This document shows, one piece after another, positions 28,551-37,641 of a stretch of 64,000 nt of DNA. The notes under the pieces were generated by a model. It searched no databases and was not told the origin of the DNA. It saw nothing but the letters and a program-made list of their open reading frames with translations. Source of the stretch: a virus; IMG/VR virus record IMGVR_UViG_3300020183_000011, one strand, 5' to 3'. Made by a program: the position numbers and the translations under genes. Within the stretch, counting starts at the first letter, position 1; each line of letters opens with the position of its first letter.

Positions 28551-29644
28551 TATGTATCATATTGCTCTGGCCGCAACTAACACTTGCGGCCGTGGGTAGT
28601 ATAACTGAACTTCAAAACACCCCCGCAAACATCCAACGTAAAGGCTCTAGTCTTACCGGAAATAAAGGTATAGGTGTAGAGATGAACGACGTCGTCAAGA
28701 CGGCTCAAGGCAAAACAGGTATAACTTTTGCTGACGACACAAGAGTACAAGTAAGTGAAAACAGTAAGCTAGTCATCGATGACTTTGTGTATGACCCTAA
28801 TAGCAAGAAGGGTGGTAAGCTTGCAATGAAGGTCGCTTTAGGCACAGTACGTTATGCATCAGGTGCAGTCGCACATAATAACCCAGACAACGTTAAGATC
28901 AATACACCAAGCGCTACTATCGCAGTCAGAGGTACAGACTTTACTGCTACAGTAGACGAGTTAGGTAGGAGCACCATAATCTTATTACCAAGTTGTCCTA
29001 AAGATTATAAAGACGTCATACTTGATTGTAAGACTGGTAAAATCGAAGTACTTACAGACGAAGGCAAAGTTGTATTAGATCAACCGTTTCAAGCCACGAG
29101 GGTTGATAACAGAGATAGTAAGCCGTTTAAACCAGTTACTTTAAACTTAGATGAAACTCAAATAAGTAACATACTCATATTAAGTCCACCAAAAGAGCTT
29201 AGAGAGTCTGATGAAGATAAATCTAAGAAGAGATCTGAAGTAAAAGGTGCACTAGATGTAGACTTCTTAGCGGAGAACAAACTCATAAACGTGTTAGAAA
29301 AACAGGCAGCTGAGACATATAAGAGCAAGCTAGATCGAAACTTCTTAGATAATGATTTATTAGCAAACATACTAGACATCATCAATGCACAATTAGCAGC
29401 TCAATTAGATCTATTAGGTAAGACTAAGTCTGGATTATTACCAGATTATATACCAACTTCTGGTGTATTAGTTGAAGTCGATGATCTACAAGTCACATTA
29501 TGTCGTGAAGGTAACGGAGATGTACAATGCATCACGACTCCAAAAAATCAAAATACAACCATAACACAAACTCAAGGACCAGTAGAGATCAAGAATAGGA
29601 TTAACAATGGTGGTAACACGGTTATTAACGCTACTCAAAATTAG
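28526..29644 (+). CDS. FecR-domain periplasmic protein
   Basis: Signal peptide; D.V.T...I.F.D.T.V...ENS.L.ID.F.YDP, G.VRYASG, I.TPSATIAVRGTDF. Confidence 0.88.
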   Translation: MEHYYWKLICIILLWPQLTLAAVGSITELQNTPANIQRKGSSLTGNKGIGVEMNDVVKTAQGKTGITFADDTRVQVSENSKLVIDDFVYDPNSKKGGKLAMKVALGTVRYASGAVAHNNPDNVKINTPSATIAVRGTDFTATVDELGRSTIILLPSCPKDYKDVILDCKTGKIEVLTDEGKVVLDQPFQATRVDNRDSKPFKPVTLNLDETQISNILILSPPKELRESDEDKSKKRSEVKGALDVDFLAENKLINVLEKQAAETYKSKLDRNFLDNDLLANILDIINAQLAAQLDLLGKTKSGLLPDYIPTSGVLVEVDDLQVTLCREGNGDVQCITTPKNQNTTITQTQGPVEIKNRINNGGNTVINATQN

Positions 29645-31130
29645 TCTATTGTTATTTTGCTTAGGTGCAAAAGCTGAAACTTTAGGTATAGGCTTTGAAA
29701 ATAATAGCATAGACGGGTGGACAGTTTCTGGAACATTAGCCGCTACGAAGAGTACATGGAGTTCTACAGGAGTGGGTGTAGCTCTTACCACAGGAGTTAC
29801 AAACTATAGTCCAGGTGGAGGTAAGACGTGGAACATAAACCCATATGGATCTTATATGGCTAGTATACAAGCTGGATCTTCAAACACTGTTACTTTTGAT
29901 AGTGCTATCAGCAGCTTAGGGTTGACTGGCACTGAAAATACTGCTATTAAACAATACCTGACATATCAATCACAAAACGGTGGAGGTGGAAACCCTACTC
30001 CAACTAATTCTAGCTGGATGAAAAAAACTTTTACGTTACAAACTGGTGTAACATACACGATTGCTTGGCAATACTTGAGTACAGACTACACACCATATAA
30101 TGACGGTAGTATCATGACACTAACACACACTAGTAATGCTAATATCATGCCAACACTAAACAACCTTGCACAAAGATATGCATTGTTAGGTTTTACAAAT
30201 CCTGGAACCGGTAACTATGCTACAGGCAGTTATGGAGCTACAGGATGGCAAGTAGCTCAGTTTACTGTTCCAGAAAATGGTAGTTATACTTTAGGCTTTG
30301 CATCGTTTAACTTAGGTGACACTGCATTGAGTCCTATCTTATTCATAGACGTCATGCAAGGAACTACTACACTCAATGGACAAACGTTTACACCAGTAAC
30401 ACCAAATGCTGGTAGCTCTGCTCCACCTCCTCCAGCTCCAGGCCCATCTTACAGTTCTGGAATAACACCAGCACAAACGACTACAAAGAACAATGCAAAT
30501 ACTATCAGACAAGGACAACATGGTAACGAGATATACGTTGAACAGTCTGGAAATAACAACACCTTTGATATTAGTCAAGGAGCTACAGTTACGGGTAAAG
30601 CTAGGATAGAACTATATTCTACGGGAGATAATAATACTTTTAACTTGAAACAAGGAAAGAACTCTGATGGCACTACGCCTTTGGCTGATAGTAATAATCA
30701 TTACTTATACTTTAACCTAAACGGTAGCTCAAACAATATCACTACAAGACAAGTGGATGGGACGACTTCAGGATCTGGTCATTTTAATCATTCGACTGTG
30801 GCTGGAAGCAATAACAGTATATTAAACTTACAAACTGGATCTGGTAGCAAGACTTTATTTCAAAGCGTAACTGGTAATAATAACACTGTGTCGACTACTC
30901 AGCAAGATTCTGGTCAACACTACTTAGACCTTAAACTAACTGGTCCTGGTCATAACACGACCATACTTCAGTCTGGTTCAGGTAATCATGCAGCAACCAT
31001 AGACTTAACAAATTCTGGTGGAGCAGCTACATTAAACCTTAATCAGTCAGGATCAACTAATCAAGTTTACAGTATCCAACAAAGTTGTGTTACTGCTGCA
31101 GGTTGCTCAACAAGCATCACACAACCATAG
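29607..31130 (+). CDS. Secreted protein with N-terminal beta-rich domain and C-terminal curlin-like repeats
   Basis: Signal peptide; NEIYVEQSGNNN, QTGSG, QSGSGNH, QSGSTNQ repeats; C-terminal C....C. Confidence 0.72.
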   Translation: MVVTRLLTLLKISLLLFCLGAKAETLGIGFENNSIDGWTVSGTLAATKSTWSSTGVGVALTTGVTNYSPGGGKTWNINPYGSYMASIQAGSSNTVTFDSAISSLGLTGTENTAIKQYLTYQSQNGGGGNPTPTNSSWMKKTFTLQTGVTYTIAWQYLSTDYTPYNDGSIMTLTHTSNANIMPTLNNLAQRYALLGFTNPGTGNYATGSYGATGWQVAQFTVPENGSYTLGFASFNLGDTALSPILFIDVMQGTTTLNGQTFTPVTPNAGSSAPPPPAPGPSYSSGITPAQTTTKNNANTIRQGQHGNEIYVEQSGNNNTFDISQGATVTGKARIELYSTGDNNTFNLKQGKNSDGTTPLADSNNHYLYFNLNGSSNNITTRQVDGTTSGSGHFNHSTVAGSNNSILNLQTGSGSKTLFQSVTGNNNTVSTTQQDSGQHYLDLKLTGPGHNTTILQSGSGNHAATIDLTNSGGAATLNLNQSGSTNQVYSIQQSCVTAAGCSTSITQP

Positions 31131-31137
31131 ATAAATA
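31130..31137 (+). promoter_or_regulatory. Late promoter variant
   Basis: GATAAATA 4 nt before ATG 31142. Confidence 0.65.
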
Positions 31138-31141
31138 ACAA

Positions 31142-31885
31142 ATGAAAAAGTATAAGACTATTTGCATCTCTGACACTCATCTTGGTTCTAAGGATGCTAA
31201 GGCTGATCTACTTAATAATTTCCTTAAACACCATGAATGTGATAATCTGTTCTTAGTAGGAGACATCATAGATGGATGGAAGATACAGCAGAACAAATGG
31301 AAATGGAAGCAAAGCCATACTAATGTTATCCGTAGGATACTAGGTTATGCTAAACGTGGAACTAAGGTTACATATGTGACTGGCAACCATGATGAGTTCC
31401 TTAGACCATTCGTCAATCAGTTTGCTTTAGGTTCTATTACTATATGTAACCAAGCAGAGTATAGAGACACTGATGGAAACCTATTCTTAGTAACACATGG
31501 TGACATGTTTGATGGTATTACAAGAGTTGGTAAATGGATTGGGTTTCTTGGCGATACAGCTTATGATTGTGTATTATGGATCAATACTAAATTTAACTAC
31601 ATAAGACATAGGTTAGGGTTTGGTTATTGGTCATTAAGTAAGTTTCTTAAACATCAAGTAAAGAAAGCGATAGATTTTGTATTCAAATTCGAAGAAAACC
31701 TTGCAGGATACTGTGAACGAAAAAACTTTGATGGAGTTATTTGCGGCCATATCCATACTCCACAGATTAAGACAATCAATGGAATAATCTACATGAATGA
31801 TGGTGACTGGGTAGAATCATGCTCAGCTCTTGTAGAACATGAAGATGGTAAATGGGAAATAATTTATTGGAATGAGATCATATGA
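31142..31885 (+). CDS. plcP: Metallophosphoesterase, PlcP-type phospholipase C (often mis-annotated LpxH)
   Basis: SDTHLG, GDIIDGW, GNHDEFLR, HGD.FD, ICGHIH, YMNDGDWVESCSALVEH; coupled to a GT4 gene. Confidence 0.75.
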   Translation: MKKYKTICISDTHLGSKDAKADLLNNFLKHHECDNLFLVGDIIDGWKIQQNKWKWKQSHTNVIRRILGYAKRGTKVTYVTGNHDEFLRPFVNQFALGSITICNQAEYRDTDGNLFLVTHGDMFDGITRVGKWIGFLGDTAYDCVLWINTKFNYIRHRLGFGYWSLSKFLKHQVKKAIDFVFKFEENLAGYCERKNFDGVICGHIHTPQIKTINGIIYMNDGDWVESCSALVEHEDGKWEIIYWNEII

Positions 31886-32874
31886 AGATATTAATAGTAA
31901 CAGACAATTTAAGAGATCAAGTCAATGGCGTTGTCACTACATACAAAAATATTGAGGATCATGCTGTTTCTGCTGGTCATAGTATTGTTTATCTTGATCC
32001 CGGGAAGTTCCGTCATATTAGCTGTCCTTTTTATCCTGAGGTCAAACTTTCCCTTCCTTCGTTCTTTATCAGTAAGATTAAGAAGATGGGTGCGGATCGT
32101 ATTCACATCGCGACAGAGGGACCGCTAGGACTATTTGCAAAGTTCTACTGTGACGCAAACAAGATACCATACACTACAGCGTATCATACTAAGTTTCCAG
32201 AATTCTTAAAAAAATTATTATGGATACCTACATCTATCACATATAGGTATCTTAAATGGTTTCACAAGTATTCAAAAGCTGTGTTAGTACCGAGTGAATC
32301 GATGAGCATAGAATTGCAATCTAAGGGGTTTGTAAATCTAGTTATATGGACTAGAGGCGTATCAAAAGATCTCATAGAAAAGCGTAAAGACAAAACAAAG
32401 AATATGCCTCCAAAGATTTTGTATGTAGGTCGGGTAAGCAAAGAAAAGAACTTAGAAGACTTATGTAATTTACAAAATATGTATGATATCACTGTAGTCG
32501 GAGACGGGCCTATTTTACCTCAGCTGATCCGCAAATACAGAAAGGTTAACTTTACTGGTTATAAATTTGGAGATGAATTAAAGCAAATATATGTAGAGAA
32601 CGACATATTTGTTTTCCCAAGTCTAACTGATACTTTTGGTATAGTTATCATAGAAGCTTTATGTAATGGATTACCTGTAGCAGCATATAGGGTAACTGGT
32701 CCACAAGATATCATTGAATATGGTGTTACAGGATATCTAAGCATGTATGGCAATGGGTTACAGTCTGCTATAGAAAAATGTAAGTCATTAGATAACGTTA
32801 AAGTACAAGAATTATCTATTAAAACATGGACTTGGAAAAATTGTTTTGATATATTTATCAAAGCTGTTAAATAA
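31882..32874 (+). CDS. GT4 glycosyltransferase, Agt-like glycolipid synthase
   Basis: MKILIVTD....QVNGVV.T, IHIATEGPLG, TAYHTKFPE, W.RGV, YVGRVSKEKN, FPS.TDTFG.V..EA. Confidence 0.85.
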   Translation: MKILIVTDNLRDQVNGVVTTYKNIEDHAVSAGHSIVYLDPGKFRHISCPFYPEVKLSLPSFFISKIKKMGADRIHIATEGPLGLFAKFYCDANKIPYTTAYHTKFPEFLKKLLWIPTSITYRYLKWFHKYSKAVLVPSESMSIELQSKGFVNLVIWTRGVSKDLIEKRKDKTKNMPPKILYVGRVSKEKNLEDLCNLQNMYDITVVGDGPILPQLIRKYRKVNFTGYKFGDELKQIYVENDIFVFPSLTDTFGIVIIEALCNGLPVAAYRVTGPQDIIEYGVTGYLSMYGNGLQSAIEKCKSLDNVKVQELSIKTWTWKNCFDIFIKAVK

Positions 32875-32875
32875 T

Positions 32876-32904
32876 TTTACTTTAATTAACTATAGGAGTA
32901 TAAT
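32876..32904 (+). promoter_or_regulatory. Early/middle-type promoter
   Basis: TTTACT-TTAATT..17 nt-TATAAT; ATG 6 nt later. Confidence 0.8.
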
Positions 32905-32910
32905 GTCAAT

Positions 32911-33546
32911 ATGAGTTTCCTTGTAGCTAACTTGCCTCCAGTACATTGCTATGTTCGTAAGGAGTTCTTATATGATTTTAAATCTGGTCATGGCGAATAT
33001 GAGTCATGTATATGGGTTAGTATCAAGAGCCTTCGTAGTCAAGCATTTAGGATAGAGTCATACTTCCCAAGATACGGAGCTTTATATGATAAGTTGCCGT
33101 TGCATGCTTATGTAAGTAGAACGACTGATCTAGAACCTGAAAAGTTCTTATCACTAGACACTTTACAGATATGGGATTGTTTTAGTTATGACATAGCAGT
33201 CATACAAAAAGCATTCTTAAGGAACTTAAGCTGTAAGGTGTATGCTAAAGATAAACAGTTTCATCATGGTGACTATATGTTTACGGTAGATAATTCAGCT
33301 CCAGACTTAAACATACTAGATACGAGTTACAGTGAAGTTCCAGAAGATCATAAGAGTTTTAACTTTATACAACTAAACAATGGACAGTATGCTGCTCAGC
33401 CGAATAACAGGTGTATATTCTTTGATGCAGCAAGTAATCCAAAAGAGATGTTATTCCCTGATTTTAAAGTCTGCACCAAGAAGTATGTGGTAGAGACTAA
33501 TCCTAAATGGAGACTAGGTGATAGCGATACAGTAACATACGAATAA
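32911..33546 (+). CDS. Conserved phage hypothetical protein
   Basis: ANLPP...VRKEFLYD...GHGE, YGALYDKLP, WDCFSY, HKS.N.I.L.NGQ.AAQPNNR. Confidence 0.75.
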   Translation: MSFLVANLPPVHCYVRKEFLYDFKSGHGEYESCIWVSIKSLRSQAFRIESYFPRYGALYDKLPLHAYVSRTTDLEPEKFLSLDTLQIWDCFSYDIAVIQKAFLRNLSCKVYAKDKQFHHGDYMFTVDNSAPDLNILDTSYSEVPEDHKSFNFIQLNNGQYAAQPNNRCIFFDAASNPKEMLFPDFKVCTKKYVVETNPKWRLGDSDTVTYE

Positions 33547-33549
33547 ATA
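33542..33549 (+). promoter_or_regulatory. Late promoter variant
   Basis: AATAAATA 5 nt before ATG 33555. Confidence 0.6.
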
Positions 33550-33554
33550 AACAT

Positions 33555-35564
33555 ATGAAAAAATTACTTAGCCCATGGTTTGCACTAGTCACCCTATTAG
33601 TTTTAGTAGGCATTAGAGTATCAGATCCATCATTTGTAGAGTCAGTTCGTCTTAGATACTTTGACACGCTGATCACAAGTAAACCTGTAGTACAATCAAA
33701 ACAAGTCCATGTCGTAAACATAGATGATAAGTCTATAGAACACCTTGGGCAATTTCCATTTCCAAGGACCCAATATGCAAATATCATCGAAGATCTTTAC
33801 AGCCGTGGGGCTGGTCTTGTTGTCTTTAATCTGTTTATGCCTGATAGTGATAGGTTTGGAAAAGATGCTGGACTGGCTGATACCCTTACTAGGCATCCTG
33901 TAGTATTACCACAAGTCGCAACATCAGACAAACAAAAACCTGGTGCATTTAGACCGGGAGTATCAGAAATCGGAGGCAAAGCTTCTGATCATGCAGTAAA
34001 CTATCCGGGCATTCAAGCCAATATATCATCATTTAACAGCAAAGCTGCTGGAATAGGAGTCGTAAATGTATTACCTGAAATTGATGGTGTTGTTCGTCGT
34101 ATCCCTATGGTCGTCGCAAGTGATGGCCAATTGTACCCAAGTATCAGTCTTGAAACAATGCGTGTTGCAGTTGGAGACCCAAGTTTCCAAGTCAAGTCAA
34201 ACGCAAACGGGATTGAAGCTGTCAGAATACCTAGCTTCGCCAAGGTCGTCACAGACCCAATGGGTAGAATATGGGTCGATTGGAGTTCCACGCCGATTGA
34301 ACACAGTCTTGTGGGATTACCCAAGTCATTCGATGGAGGTATCGTCATCGTTGGGTTATCGGCACGCGGACTTAACAATCCCGTTGCAACCCCACGAGGA
34401 GCCGTCTATCCTCATTATGTACAAGCTTCAGTTTTAGATACACTAACATCTGGCGCCAACATATCTCGTCCTGATTGGGCAGATGGTGCTGAGATGCTTG
34501 CTATAGTTGTATTATCAATCATCATAATCTTTTTAACGAGGTGGAAATATGCTATTCTTCCTATCATTAGTATTATTGGTTCTATATATTACGCTTCTCG
34601 CTACGTGTTCGCCCATCAAGGTATTCTGTTGGACGGCATTTATCCTATTATTAGCTTGTCTGTTGTCTATGGTCATGCATACACCGTTAAGTTCATTTCT
34701 GAATTAAACCAAAAGCTACAGATCAAGAAACAATTTGGTACATACTTATCGCCAGCAATGGTTGAAAAGTTACAAAAGAACCCAGAGCTATTGAAGCTTG
34801 GTGGTGAGACTAGAGAATTATCAATCATGTTTACAGACGTTCGTGGCTTCACGACTATCTCAGAACATTATGGTAAAGACGTTCAAGGTCTGACTAAGAT
34901 CATGAACAGATACATGACAGCCATGACAGCAAAGATCATTGAAAATAATGGTACACTTGATAAGTATATAGGTGATGCTCAGATGGCTTTTTGGAATGCT
35001 CCTTTAGATGATAAGGATCATGCATTAAATGCAGTTAAGACTGGATTGGAGATGTTAAATGATTTGGATAAATTCAATGAAGAGATCGCTAAAGAAAATA
35101 TACCAGCGTTCGGTATGGGACTTGGTATTAACAGCGGCGACGTGGTTGTTGGGAATATGGGTAGCAGCCAGCGTTTTGATTACACTTGTCTTGGTGATGC
35201 GGTCAATCTTGCTTCCCGTTTAGAAGGACAATCAAAGAACTATGGTGTACGTATCGTATTAGGTACAAAGACCGCAGAGTATGCTAAAGAAGTTTATTCA
35301 GTCGTAGAGATGGATACGATCGCTGTTAAGGGCAAGACCGAAGGAGTTAAGGTATACACGATAGGCGAGACTATTAAACATAAACATGAAGAGTATCTAA
35401 AAGAATACTATCGCGGTAATTGGAAACGTGCTACAGAATGGGCACAAGAACTCATCGATGATAAGAACGTTACTATCAAAGACTACTATCACAAGATGAT
35501 AGAACGAATGGACGAAGGTCTCCCTGCTGAGTGGGACGGTGTATATCGAGCCACAAGCAAGTAA
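33555..35564 (+). CDS. CHASE2-sensor class III adenylate cyclase
   Basis: IDDKSI...GQFPFPR and DGVVRRIP (CHASE2); three TMs; F.DVRGFT, DKYIGDA, DYT.LGDAVNLASRLE (Lys/Asp ATP-specifying residues). Confidence 0.93.
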   Translation: MKKLLSPWFALVTLLVLVGIRVSDPSFVESVRLRYFDTLITSKPVVQSKQVHVVNIDDKSIEHLGQFPFPRTQYANIIEDLYSRGAGLVVFNLFMPDSDRFGKDAGLADTLTRHPVVLPQVATSDKQKPGAFRPGVSEIGGKASDHAVNYPGIQANISSFNSKAAGIGVVNVLPEIDGVVRRIPMVVASDGQLYPSISLETMRVAVGDPSFQVKSNANGIEAVRIPSFAKVVTDPMGRIWVDWSSTPIEHSLVGLPKSFDGGIVIVGLSARGLNNPVATPRGAVYPHYVQASVLDTLTSGANISRPDWADGAEMLAIVVLSIIIIFLTRWKYAILPIISIIGSIYYASRYVFAHQGILLDGIYPIISLSVVYGHAYTVKFISELNQKLQIKKQFGTYLSPAMVEKLQKNPELLKLGGETRELSIMFTDVRGFTTISEHYGKDVQGLTKIMNRYMTAMTAKIIENNGTLDKYIGDAQMAFWNAPLDDKDHALNAVKTGLEMLNDLDKFNEEIAKENIPAFGMGLGINSGDVVVGNMGSSQRFDYTCLGDAVNLASRLEGQSKNYGVRIVLGTKTAEYAKEVYSVVEMDTIAVKGKTEGVKVYTIGETIKHKHEEYLKEYYRGNWKRATEWAQELIDDKNVTIKDYYHKMIERMDEGLPAEWDGVYRATSK

Positions 35565-36280
35565 TGAAGTTCTTAATTTTACTTTTATTAGCATTCAACT
35601 GCTATGCTCAAGACATAACTGCTAACTCATGGGTGGTGACAGATGAAGATGGAAAGGTGATCGCGGGGCAAAATATTGCAGAAGTCAGGTCAATAGCATC
35701 TATCACAAAACTAGTCACAGCGATGACCATATTAAACAGCGGAGAGAACATAGAAGCTCCAGTCAAGACTAAAGCTTTTGGTATGATAACACGCCATCAG
35801 CTGATAGACATGGCCATAGTAAAGTCAAATAACCAAACTGCAGACTTATTATGTCAGTTATATGTAGGTGGATATGACAGGTGTATAGCTGACATGAATC
35901 ACTTGTTATTTAAGCTTAACCTACTCAACACCATCGTCTATGATGCTACTGGTCTTGATAGACGTAACAAATCCACAGCCATGGAGCTAACACAGTTAGT
36001 CCAGGAAGCTGCAAAATATCCAGAATTAGTCAACGCATCTCAACAGGCAAAGATCAAGATTAAGACCAAGAAGCGTTTCTGGGTCTTTAAGAACACTAAC
36101 CCTCTCATAGGTAAACGTCAGGACATACTGATCTCCAAGACAGGCTATACAAGGCCTGCCGGAGGCTGCCTGGCGATGCTTATGTCCACAGATAAGGGCC
36201 AGAGATCAGTCGTGGTTTTAGGCTCCCAGAACACTCATACACGCATCCCCGAAGCTGAATTCTTAGCTGAAAATTACTAA
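35564..36280 (+). CDS. Serine DD-peptidase S11 (PbpG/DacA-like)
   Basis: Signal peptide; ASITK, SNN, KTG motifs. Confidence 0.9.
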   Translation: MKFLILLLLAFNCYAQDITANSWVVTDEDGKVIAGQNIAEVRSIASITKLVTAMTILNSGENIEAPVKTKAFGMITRHQLIDMAIVKSNNQTADLLCQLYVGGYDRCIADMNHLLFKLNLLNTIVYDATGLDRRNKSTAMELTQLVQEAAKYPELVNASQQAKIKIKTKKRFWVFKNTNPLIGKRQDILISKTGYTRPAGGCLAMLMSTDKGQRSVVVLGSQNTHTRIPEAEFLAENY

Positions 36281-36296
36281 TAAAATCATAGGTTTA

Positions 36297-36309
36297 TAAG
36301 TTATTGATT
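36297..36309 (-). promoter_or_regulatory. IHF-consensus site
   Basis: AATCAATAACTTA on the minus strand matches WATCAANNNNTTR. Confidence 0.5.
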
Positions 36310-36339
36310 TATATAGATAATTTATTTTAGTCCAGACTA

Positions 36340-36368
36340 TGTACATTAATTAGCCTTTTCTGTATAAT
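36340..36368 (+). promoter_or_regulatory. Early-type promoter
   Basis: TGTACA-TTAATT..17 nt-TATAAT with AT-rich upstream region. Confidence 0.85.
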
Positions 36369-36401
36369 GGTTCTATACTAATTAATAACGGAGAGAAAAC
36401 T

Positions 36402-36674
36402 ATGAAGACAAATACAGAACAATTAGCTTGGGAAATTCAAGCTTATGGCATGACAAAAGCTCAATTAAATCTAATGGTAAAACAACAAGCTTTTCCAGGT
36501 ACTGAGATGATGTTTGCAGCTGGCTTATTAAGCGACGCTCAACAAATCATGGATCCAGAATTCAATGATGAAGGTTGGGTAAGTCCTAAGACAGCTAATC
36601 AAGCTCGTCAGTACATCAACTGTGCTAAGGCAATCATGTTTGATGTTATGGATCCATCAAGAAAGGCTGCTTAA
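36402..36674 (+). CDS. Hypothetical early protein
   Basis: SD GGAGA; 90 aa. Confidence 0.75.
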   Translation: MKTNTEQLAWEIQAYGMTKAQLNLMVKQQAFPGTEMMFAAGLLSDAQQIMDPEFNDEGWVSPKTANQARQYINCAKAIMFDVMDPSRKAA

Positions 36675-36835
36675 TGACCTTCAAAGTGAATGGGCACTAT
36701 TATAAGTGTATTGTTAACCCTCAGTTTGCCTTCTCTGGTAATACTTTGGAAGGCTGGATGTTAACAGCGCAAGATAACGATAACGGTATCATTGACAGTT
36801 TACTTAAAGCAAGATTTATCAAGGAGATTATATAA
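36674..36835 (+). CDS. Hypothetical 53-aa protein
   Basis: MTFKVNGHYY...KEII*; TAATG coupling at both ends. Confidence 0.6.
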   Translation: MTFKVNGHYYKCIVNPQFAFSGNTLEGWMLTAQDNDNGIIDSLLKARFIKEII

Positions 36836-37203
36836 TGGGATTAGATATGACAGCATACACCCGCGCGAAGGGTGCCGAAGAAACAACAGAGATCCAATAC
36901 TGGCGTAAACACAACGCGCTTCATGGTCTCATGGAAGAGATATGGCGTGATAAGGCTGAGTTAGCTGGTGAGGACATTAGCGATGTTCAGTTTAACTGTG
37001 TTGAGTTACAACTTACTGAAGCTGATCTTGACTATATCGAGTCACAGGTTGTAGGTGAAACTTTACCAGAAACAGAAGGCTTCTTTTTTGGTCATGACTC
37101 AAGGTTTAGTGACGAAGACAAATTAAAGGACTTAGAGTTCATCACTAAGGCTCGTGAAGCTTTGGCCAACGGTGAAGAAGTATTTTACGATAGTTGGTGG
37201 TAA
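36835..37203 (+). CDS. Conserved phage hypothetical protein
   Basis: MGLDM...YWRKHNALHG...FNC...GFFFG...YDSWW family. Confidence 0.8.
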   Translation: MGLDMTAYTRAKGAEETTEIQYWRKHNALHGLMEEIWRDKAELAGEDISDVQFNCVELQLTEADLDYIESQVVGETLPETEGFFFGHDSRFSDEDKLKDLEFITKAREALANGEEVFYDSWW

Positions 37204-37206
37204 GCA

Positions 37207-37235
37207 TGTACATTAATTCATTTATTTGGTAGAAT
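37207..37235 (+). promoter_or_regulatory. Early/middle-type promoter
   Basis: TGTACA-TTAATT..17 nt-TAGAAT; ATG 6 nt later. Confidence 0.75.
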
Positions 37236-37241
37236 TATATT

Positions 37242-37403
37242 ATGGAAAATAAAAATACAGTAGTTAGTGTCAAGGACATTAAAAGGGGTCGTATGTATAC
37301 GGTACCAGAGCCAATCGACTATGATGACCTCATAGAAGACGAACGCCAGTTATTAAACGCTATGGCTGATCCCCACTTCAATGGTCCTGGCTACGACGAA
37401 TAA
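37242..37403 (+). CDS. Hypothetical 53-aa acidic protein
   Basis: MENKNTVV...GPGYDE*, directly after a promoter. Confidence 0.6.
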   Translation: MENKNTVVSVKDIKRGRMYTVPEPIDYDDLIEDERQLLNAMADPHFNGPGYDE

Positions 37404-37496
37404 GACTCTCAGCCAATCAATAAAATATATGCGGACACTGCATAGCACTGCTTCCGATGGGTCAGCTACTAGTGCACTGGTAGTTCCGAGAGTCTT
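37402..37496 (+). ncRNA. Candidate structured RNA 1 in the tRNA transcript
   Basis: Closing stem AAGACTCTC/GAGAGTCTT; internal hairpins TATGCGG/CTGCATA and CTACTAG/CTGGTAG. Confidence 0.45.
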
Positions 37497-37559
37497 TTTA
37501 AAGTACATTAGAGGGGTTAAACTAAGGTACCTCTATTTGACCTAGTGTACTTTAAAAAG
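37494..37559 (+). ncRNA. Candidate structured RNA 2 / long inverted repeat abutting the tRNA
   Basis: CTTTTTAAAGTACATTAG pairs with CTAGTGTACTTTAAAAAG (18 bp, one G-U). Confidence 0.5.
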
Positions 37560-37635
37560 GGCCTATAGCTCAGTTGGTTAGAGCAGAGGACTCATAATCC
37601 TTTGGTCCATGGTTCGAGTCCATGTGGGCCCACCA
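37559..37635 (+). tRNA. tRNA with CAT anticodon, Ile2 (lysidine) type
   Basis: GGGCCTA acceptor stem, AGTTGGTTAGAGC D-arm, CT-CAT-AA loop, GGTTCGAGTCC T-arm, encoded CCA; resembles ileX-type rather than Met tRNAs. Confidence 0.9.
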
Positions 37636-37641
37636 AATTAT

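Noticed and set aside
31142-31885. Annotation as LpxH (lipid A synthesis)
   Set aside because: GNHD rather than the GNRD typical of LpxH, the NDGDWVES tail and coupling to an Agt-like GT4 favour PlcP; not excluded without phylogeny
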